IMG/VR virus record: IMGVR_UViG_3300042691_048368 | Location: 1 to 64,000 of that record | Strand: one strand, 5' to 3' | Source: a virus | Length of the DNA: 64,000 nucleotides | Shown here: piece after piece, positions 57,221 through 64,000 of the stretch | Numbering within the stretch: the first letter of the stretch is position 1 | How the letters are laid out: each line of letters opens with the position of its first letter | Position numbers and translations under genes: made by a program | The notes under the pieces: generated by a model | Told to the model about the DNA's origin: nothing | Databases searched by the model: none | What the model saw: the letters and a program-made list of their open reading frames with translations, nothing else

Positions 57221-57654
57221 CAGATTACTGATAATGTAATTATTGATAATATTGTAAGTATTAATATTACAGGTGTCCAAAAATAAATAAGTCTATTTGC
57301 TAGACGTTTGGTATTCATCAATGAATAACCGAAAACTAAGAGATAACTATATTTGTCAACCTTTTCCATATCATATAACATATATAGTTCTGTCAAACCA
57401 TTTGCATTTAGGAACTGAGATAATTGAGATGTATATTCTTGTATATAAGTTTTGCTCATTGTATTAATATCAGATCTTCTGAAATTGTATGGTTCTTCAA
57501 AAATTTGTTCAGGTATATTCAGTACGGTGTATAGTCTGTATATACTATCGATTCTGATATTATATTGTATTTTAAGATCTGTTTCGATATTCAAAATCTT
57601 ATTTCGAAATACAAAAAAAAGAATAATGCGTCTGAAAAAATTAGTTTTCATCAA
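57220..57654 (-). CDS. Hypothetical protein with C-terminal TM helix
   Basis: 144 aa; AAAC-N17-TATAAT upstream. Confidence 0.65.
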   Translation of the reverse strand: MMKTNFFRRIILFFVFRNKILNIETDLKIQYNIRIDSIYRLYTVLNIPEQIFEEPYNFRRSDINTMSKTYIQEYTSQLSQFLNANGLTELYMLYDMEKVDKYSYLLVFGYSLMNTKRLANRLIYFWTPVILILTILSIITLSVI

Positions 57655-57682
57655 ATAATTATATTTGAATCAAAAAAAAAGT

Positions 57683-60600
57683 TTAGTCGTCAATTAGACT
57701 TGATTTTTCTTTCTTTTTAGCATTAAGATATTCTTGTAGAGAAACCTTGCCATCTTTAGATCCACCAACTATGACACCAGCTATTGACCCGACGATTGAG
57801 TTGAGTGCTTTGATTGCCTCAGTCAAATTCTTCATTGTATCTTCTGGTGTCTGTTTCGGAGTGGTGGCAGTTGGAGTTTTTACTGCAGCAGTCGTAGTTG
57901 GTTTGGTGCCTGGTTTAACTTCTGCTGGTTTTGTAGGTTTAGCTTCCATTGCAGCTGGTGCTGATGATTGGGTATCTTTCATCACATCTACAAATATCTT
58001 AGCTTTACTCTCTAAGGATGTCATCATTGACTCGAATTGAGCGGAATCCATAAGAGATAACATTACTATAGAACCAGAAAGATTTTTTAACATAGTCATT
58101 CTCTCCATATCAACCGCTCCTAATTGTCCATTAAGATTTGTTAATGCTTGTGATAGTCTATCATATGCTTTAGCTAATTCAACCATCGAATCAGCCATAT
58201 CGCTCACCGAATCATAATCAGCATCAGCTTCTTCAAGTGATTTTGTTATGTTGATGTATGATGTAGTACTATCAGCTAAGTTTTTGAAATATTTTGGGTC
58301 TAATATTTTATCGAATTTACCTCTAGCTAATTTTTGTGAAACAATTACTAATGAGTCTGCTATGGCACTGACACCTGATTTGAATTTATCTTCGCCACCA
58401 GATAATAAACCTTCATTTTGTTGAATGTAATTAAGTCCTGGTAGTACAGCATTTATTGCAGTGCTGAAACCTTGTGACCATTCCAATTTTGGTACTTTTC
58501 TTAAATCGAAAGGTACCTTATTCTCATTAAATTTGGTCGCAAGTTGAATTATACCATCGGCTAATTGATTAACTTTATCAGTTGTGGACGTTGAAAGAAA
58601 GGAAAATAAACCATCCCCTTTGAATGTATTCAGCATCTGTGAGAATGATACAAGATTAACTCTCAAAGAATCCATCCAAGCTTTTGGAATTACTTTACTG
58701 AAGTTTCCTCTAGCTATAATGTGTGATACATTTTTAAGATTTGTAGCCAATTCTATCATTTTCTCAAGTTTGTCCTCATCAACTTTGTAGGCTTCCATTA
58801 CTTTTGTGATGCTCAAAAACGTCGAAATGTTAATCTTAGTGTTAGCCATGTAATTTGCTGGGATGTCCTTGTAATTACCTGTCGACAATTTATTACTTAT
58901 AGAAACTAGTGTGTCGGTAGCTTTGGACAATTTATAGAAGTCGCCATCTTCATCCATATCGATGTCGGCTTCATCTAGTTGTTGAAGTATCAATGTAAAT
59001 TCATTGAAGGTGAGTTTCACATTCTGTCCCCATTTAGGATCGATTATTGTTGTGAAATTCCCCCCACTTATAGTTCTACCAGCTTCAGCAATAGCTTGTG
59101 ATATCGCTCTCATATTAGTCACAGTGGTTTCGGCACCATCTGTAAACCAACCACTTTGTTCACTGATATATTTCAATGCTGGTATAAATGCTTGGAACGT
59201 GTCATTGACTGCCTGTCCCCATGCTTTTTTAGGAACTTTATTCAAATCATACGAAACACCCTCTCCCCCAAGAGCTTTTGCGGCTTCAGCAAGACCCATA
59301 CCTATAGACTGAATTGCTAACTTGTATGTTTCTGGTTTGATTGGTCCACTAAACCAACCCGAATCAGCATTGAGAACTTGGAAAACACCAGTAAAGGCTT
59401 GTAATGCTGTTGACACGCCTTCTGCCCAAGCTTTAGTCGGACCTTTCTTGTAATCTTCGGTGCCCCTACCAAGCTCTGTAGCTGCTGTGACTATACCTTG
59501 ACTTATAGAAACTATTGCATTTTTAAAGTCATCTACACTCACACCACTTTTCCAAACACCTTGATTATCGACCAAAATTTTGTATATAGGTGCAAATCCA
59601 CCAAGGGCTAGTGATACACCCTCTGACCATTCTTTACTAGGTCCTTTCTTATACTCTTGTTCTCCCTTAGCTAATTCTGTGGCGGCGGATTTTATACCTT
59701 GTGAGATTGTTACAATAGCAGTGGCAAATTGTTCGGGTGTGACACCGCTTCTAAAGAATTCGATACCAGCATTATCTAGTAACATCTTATAGACTTGTCC
59801 AAATGCACCTATAGCTAGAGATACTCCTTGTGACCATTTGAAATCTGGTCCACCTTTGAAATTCCCTTTACTCAGATAAAAGGCTGCTGTGTTAATCGAT
59901 TTGGAGATAGTTACGATAGCTTCTCCAAACTCTTTTGGTCCAACTCCACCACCGAACAAGTCAAATATTGCATTAGCGAGAAGCATTTTGTATACCTGTC
60001 CAAATGCACCAAGTGCAATCGCAACTGAAGAAGCCCACTGTTTAGTAGGTCCACCCGTGAAATTTCCTTTTGATAATTTATTAGCTGCTTCTACTATTGA
60101 ATCGGAGATCATCAATATTGACTCAGAAAATGCTTTTGGTCCAATATCTGCTCCTCCAAATAAGGACATAACAGAATTTGCTACCAACATCTTATAAATG
60201 TCACTAAATGCAGCTAGTGATAGAGCAACACCACTAGCCCATTGTACAGTGGGCCCATTGCCATATTTACCTTTAGATAATATTTCAGATGCCAAGACAA
60301 CAGTCTCAGCCACTCCTAATACCGCAGCAGCACCGAGTGCTAAAGCTGCGGCACCTAGTCCAAAGGATCCTGCAATAATTGCACCAAGTGTACCCATGCC
60401 CGTTGCAAATCCAGTCAACGCAAGTCCAACACCTTTCGTCCATTCTATTGATGGATAATTAGTATATTTACCAACCGATAGTATTTTGTCTGTAGCCACT
60501 ACAACTGCTGCGACAGCTAATAATGCGACACCTCCTACTATGACTAATGGTAACATTGGTCCTAATAATACAGCAGCTAAACCAAATGGCACCATAGCGG

Positions 60601-63600
60601 CGGCTGTCTGTAAAGTCCACTGATATGGTACTGGTTTGGTATAATCACCTTTGTTTAGTATCATACTAACCGCCATAACGGTTCCTGCTATAGCTATTAT
60701 TGCAACTAATCCTGCTAAAATTGCTAGGGCACCAACACCAGAGCTTGCTATAGTACCTAACAGTACGGCTGCTATACCAAAAGGTATCATGGCGGCAGCT
60801 GCTCCTAAAGTCCAGGCAAAACTTGGGTATTTGTTGTATTCGCCCATATTTAGTAAAAGAGATGAGACGTATATAGTAGCTGCAATTGCGATAATTGCGA
60901 TTCCCCCCTTTATTGCTTGTGCAACTGATAAGCCTACTTTATCAAGTAGGTATATTGCAAAACCAAAAGATACCATAGATAGTGCAGCATTGATCAACCA
61001 AGTGAATGATGGGTATTTATCGTAAGTACCCTTACTCAATATTAAAGAAGTTGCAAGAATTGCTGCTGATATGACAACAAGAGAAATAGCACCTTTCAAT
61101 ACTTTTGTTGGTGTCATTTTTAGTTTATCAAGTGCAAAAATTGCGTAACCAAATCCAACCATTGCGATTCCCGCAAAGAAAATCCAAGTAATAGATGGAT
61201 ATTTATCATACTTGCCAATTGACAAAATTAGAGATGTGGCAACAACTGCAGCCGATATTATTACCAAATTGATTGCCCCATCTATCATTGTTTTCTTATT
61301 GAACTTCGAAAGTCTATTGAAAACAAAACTCATTCCAACTCCTATCAGACCAAGTACTATCGATATACCAACAGCATTGACCAATTTACTGAATGGTACT
61401 ATTTTGATTTCCGACAAAATATAGGAGCTTAACATTATTGTCAATGCCATTGCTACCAATATTATTGGGACTAGAGCCATCTTGGCGGGACTTACATTTG
61501 ATATACCTTTAGTTATGTAAGGTATAGCAAATGATATAGGTATAAACACAATTGCTATCAATACAGCGGTCAGTGCTTGGAATAATCCTATCGGTTTTAC
61601 ACCAGCAAGAAGGAATGATGATCCCAAAATTGCCGCTGAAACTGCTATTAGAAGTATGGGTAGTATCACGGATGCTAAGATCGCTTTTCCTTTACTGATC
61701 CCTTCCATACCTTTCAGTAGTTTACCTAGACCATAACCTATTACTGCAAATACACCAGCTATAAAAACAGATGTAATAAGTTGGAATAAACCAACTGGTT
61801 TTACACCAGCTAATAGGAATGATGAACCTAAAATAGCTGCTGAAATTGCAACCAAGACTAATGGTAGTAGTGGTATCATTGCTATACTTTTCACACCCAA
61901 CTTACCTAAGCCACTCAATAAACCACCTAAACCATAGGAGACTGCTGAAAACATTGCAGCAATTAGTATCGAAGTTATCATTTGGAATAAACCAACTGGT
62001 CTTACCATTCCGAGTATCTGTGATGACGCGGCGATTGCTAAAGAAATACCTACCATTATGAAAGGTAAAAGAGGTACCATTAAAAGTCCTTTACCACTAA
62101 TCTTACTTATACCAATCAACATTTTACCGAGACCATATGACAATACGGTAAACATACCTGCAATCAATATGGCGGTAATCATTTGTAATACTCCGACCGG
62201 TCTTACCGCTGCTAAAATAAATGATGATAACATTACTGCGAGTGATATACCAACCAATACTGCGGTGAGTCCAGCTGCCCTTCCTGGTGTCAAATTTTTA
62301 GCTTCAGCTAATTTAGTGAAAGCAATTGCGAGTACCGATATAGCAATACCGAGACCTAGCACAGAAGCGAAATTAACATTTCCTACTATTTTAAGTGCTA
62401 GACCAATTGCTAGTACGCCAGCCGCTATCAATATTATTATCTTGAGACCAGACTGTATCTTTTGTGTCTCTTTCGGATCACCAGCTTTTCCAAATATTCC
62501 ACCATCTTTATCAGACTTAGCTTGTGATTCAATAGTCCTAGGTTTTGGTTTTTTGTACTTAACTTCTACTTCAACTGGTTTAGGTTGTGGTAGTATTGGG
62601 GGTTTTGGTCTACCAAATTTTAAACCTATTTCAGGCATTTTTGGTAAAGATGGAAACTTAGGTAGTTTCGGTTTCAAAAATTCCAAATTTATGTTTGGCA
62701 TCTTTGGTAAAGATGGGAACTTTGGAAGTTTTGGTTTTTGTATTGATAAAGATAAATCCGGTAGTTTTGGTAACTTTGGTAACTTTGGAAGTTTCGGAGT
62801 TGTAAAACCAAGATCTATTTTCGGAAATCTTGGTAATTTTGGCATTTGGGGCAATTTAGAGACTGCAAAATCAATACTCGATTTTATTTTTGGTACAGTA
62901 GGTAATTTTGGTAACTTAGATACCGTAAAATCGATACTTGATTTAATATTTGGTACATTTGGTAATTTTGGCAGTTTTGATACGGTAAAGTCAATAGTTG
63001 ATTTGAGACTCTTTACCGTCGGTAACTTTGGTAATTTAGATACGGCAAACTCAATACTCGACTTCAAATTCTTCACCGTCGGTAATTTTGGCAGTTTTGA
63101 TACGGCAAAGTCAATAGTTGATTTGAGACTTTTTACCGTCGGTAATTTCGGAAGCTTCGATACTGCGAAATCAATACTTGACTTTAAATTCTTTACCGTC
63201 GGTAATTTTGGTAATTTGGATATGGCAAAGTCAATACTCGATTTCAAATTCTTCACCGTCGGTAACTTTGGTAATTTGGTTACGGCAAAGTCAATAGTTG
63301 ATTTGAGACTCTTTACTGTCGGTAATTTTGGCAGTTTTGATACGGCAAAGTCAATAGTTGATTTGAGACTCTTTACTGTCGGTAATTTCGGAAGCTTCGA
63401 TACTACGAAATCAATACTTGACTTTAAATTCTTTACCGTCGGTAATTTCGGAAGCTTCGATACTACGAAATCAATACTTGATTTCAATCTAGGTACCGAT
63501 GGGAATTTTGGAAATTTGCCAATTATAAACTCAACAGTTGATTTTATATTTGGTATTGTTGGAAGCTTAGGAATTTTCGAAAAAGATAGATCGATACTTT

Positions 63601-64000
63601 GTTTTAGTTTTCCAAGTGTTGGAAATTTTGGAAGTTTGGAAAATACTAAATCTATCGATATTGGGTTGATAGTGGGTAACTTGGGAATGGTTGGTATTTT
63701 ACTAAAGACAATACTCAAAATAATTGGTTTTGGTATTGGTAACATCAGTGGATCCAGTTTACCATATCTAAGTGGTATTATCAAAGTCCTCGGTTTCGGT
63801 AATTTAGACAATTGATCGGTTGTTACTAATTGGGTTTCTGTGTTTGAAATAGATTTTTGAATATCCAAAAGCTGCTTAGTTGATGAGGAAAGTAATTTCT
63901 TTACTGTAAGTTCTATCTGATTTATTTTTTTAGAAAATTCTACTGAACTGTTATCCTTAGTTGGTTTCTTTGCAGTTTTTTGACTTTCCTCTATAGATTC
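57683..64000 (-). CDS. Tape-measure-like giant repeat protein; 5'-truncated (frame open to the window end)
   Basis: More than 2100 aa; Ala/Gly/Ile-rich helical repeats with periodic Trp; 44 further sense codons upstream of the track's TTG start. Confidence 0.65.
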   Translation of the reverse strand, partial: ESIEESQKTAKKPTKDNSSVEFSKKINQIELTVKKLLSSSTKQLLDIQKSISNTETQLVTTDQLSKLPKPRTLIIPLRYGKLDPLMLPIPKPIILSIVFSKIPTIPKLPTINPISIDLVFSKLPKFPTLGKLKQSIDLSFSKIPKLPTIPNIKSTVEFIIGKFPKFPSVPRLKSSIDFVVSKLPKLPTVKNLKSSIDFVVSKLPKLPTVKSLKSTIDFAVSKLPKLPTVKSLKSTIDFAVTKLPKLPTVKNLKSSIDFAISKLPKLPTVKNLKSSIDFAVSKLPKLPTVKSLKSTIDFAVSKLPKLPTVKNLKSSIEFAVSKLPKLPTVKSLKSTIDFTVSKLPKLPNVPNIKSSIDFTVSKLPKLPTVPKIKSSIDFAVSKLPQMPKLPRFPKIDLGFTTPKLPKLPKLPKLPDLSLSIQKPKLPKFPSLPKMPNINLEFLKPKLPKFPSLPKMPEIGLKFGRPKPPILPQPKPVEVEVKYKKPKPRTIESQAKSDKDGGIFGKAGDPKETQKIQSGLKIIILIAAGVLAIGLALKIVGNVNFASVLGLGIAISVLAIAFTKLAEAKNLTPGRAAGLTAVLVGISLAVMLSSFILAAVRPVGVLQMITAILIAGMFTVLSYGLGKMLIGISKISGKGLLMVPLLPFIMVGISLAIAASSQILGMVRPVGLFQMITSILIAAMFSAVSYGLGGLLSGLGKLGVKSIAMIPLLPLVLVAISAAILGSSFLLAGVKPVGLFQLITSVFIAGVFAVIGYGLGKLLKGMEGISKGKAILASVILPILLIAVSAAILGSSFLLAGVKPIGLFQALTAVLIAIVFIPISFAIPYITKGISNVSPAKMALVPIILVAMALTIMLSSYILSEIKIVPFSKLVNAVGISIVLGLIGVGMSFVFNRLSKFNKKTMIDGAINLVIISAAVVATSLILSIGKYDKYPSITWIFFAGIAMVGFGYAIFALDKLKMTPTKVLKGAISLVVISAAILATSLILSKGTYDKYPSFTWLINAALSMVSFGFAIYLLDKVGLSVAQAIKGGIAIIAIAATIYVSSLLLNMGEYNKYPSFAWTLGAAAAMIPFGIAAVLLGTIASSGVGALAILAGLVAIIAIAGTVMAVSMILNKGDYTKPVPYQWTLQTAAAMVPFGLAAVLLGPMLPLVIVGGVALLAVAAVVVATDKILSVGKYTNYPSIEWTKGVGLALTGFATGMGTLGAIIAGSFGLGAAALALGAAAVLGVAETVVLASEILSKGKYGNGPTVQWASGVALSLAAFSDIYKMLVANSVMSLFGGADIGPKAFSESILMISDSIVEAANKLSKGNFTGGPTKQWASSVAIALGAFGQVYKMLLANAIFDLFGGGVGPKEFGEAIVTISKSINTAAFYLSKGNFKGGPDFKWSQGVSLAIGAFGQVYKMLLDNAGIEFFRSGVTPEQFATAIVTISQGIKSAATELAKGEQEYKKGPSKEWSEGVSLALGGFAPIYKILVDNQGVWKSGVSVDDFKNAIVSISQGIVTAATELGRGTEDYKKGPTKAWAEGVSTALQAFTGVFQVLNADSGWFSGPIKPETYKLAIQSIGMGLAEAAKALGGEGVSYDLNKVPKKAWGQAVNDTFQAFIPALKYISEQSGWFTDGAETTVTNMRAISQAIAEAGRTISGGNFTTIIDPKWGQNVKLTFNEFTLILQQLDEADIDMDEDGDFYKLSKATDTLVSISNKLSTGNYKDIPANYMANTKINISTFLSITKVMEAYKVDEDKLEKMIELATNLKNVSHIIARGNFSKVIPKAWMDSLRVNLVSFSQMLNTFKGDGLFSFLSTSTTDKVNQLADGIIQLATKFNENKVPFDLRKVPKLEWSQGFSTAINAVLPGLNYIQQNEGLLSGGEDKFKSGVSAIADSLVIVSQKLARGKFDKILDPKYFKNLADSTTSYINITKSLEEADADYDSVSDMADSMVELAKAYDRLSQALTNLNGQLGAVDMERMTMLKNLSGSIVMLSLMDSAQFESMMTSLESKAKIFVDVMKDTQSSAPAAMEAKPTKPAEVKPGTKPTTTAAVKTPTATTPKQTPEDTMKNLTEAIKALNSIVGSIAGVIVGGSKDGKVSLQEYLNAKKKEKSSLIDD
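62851..63540. repeat. 60-bp coding tandem repeat (about 11 units; 20 aa, KLPKLPTVK[N/S]LKS[S/T]IDF[A/V/T]VS)
   Basis: Successive 60-nt lines are near-identical, with degenerate copies on both flanks. Confidence 0.95.

Noticed and set aside
114-61424. Numerous 60-150 aa opposite-strand ORFs in the track (e.g. 114..398, 10954..11268, 26347..26646, 51093..51557, 59004..59312)
   Set aside because: Fully nested antisense to long genes with recognisable motifs; typical shadow ORFs
62851-63540. Possible CRISPR array
   Set aside because: Units are contiguous, in-frame coding repeats with no unique spacers; no cas operon nearby
62058-63815. 585-aa plus-strand ORF (GNFG repeats)
   Set aside because: Antisense shadow of the 60-bp repeat in the tape-measure-like gene; no promoter or independent coding signal
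1-64000. Stop-codon reassignment as in Lak or some crAss-like phages
   Set aside because: Genes are full length in code 11 with high coding density, and TAA, TAG and TGA all end genes
1-64000. tRNA or rRNA genes
   Set aside because: No cloverleaf with T-loop GTTCRA and acceptor stem was seen in the few intergenic gaps

Overview
AT-rich (roughly 30% GC by eye), densely coding 64-kb segment of a large T4-like (jumbo) myophage genome read in genetic code 11. The host is very probably Bacteroidota: there are three exact TTTG-N20-TAnnTTTG promoters, no obvious Shine-Dalgarno sites, an Hc1 histone-like gene and a Bacteroidota-type lipoprotein. Structural genes include a gp6-like wedge, a 2625-aa wedge/propeller protein, a gp19 tail tube, gp26/gp51-like hub chaperones, a fibre-like cluster and a 5'-truncated tape-measure-like giant. 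They are interleaved on both strands with DNA/nucleotide genes (gp47, UvsY-like, guanylate kinase, MazG-like, PD-(D/E)XK) and accessory enzymes. Most notable: (1) three distinct promoter classes that sort genes into plausible early, middle and late sets; (2) about a dozen late proteins, several of them enzymes, with a T4 capsid-targeting-like N-terminus, suggesting a large injected cargo; (3) a PlcP-type phospholipase C plus glycosyltransferase pair, a candidate phage-encoded membrane lipid remodelling system; (4) a 150-185 nt structured non-coding RNA with its own promoter and terminator and 6S-like architecture; (5) hints of protein O-glycosylation. All family assignments come from motif recognition by eye, not from database searches.
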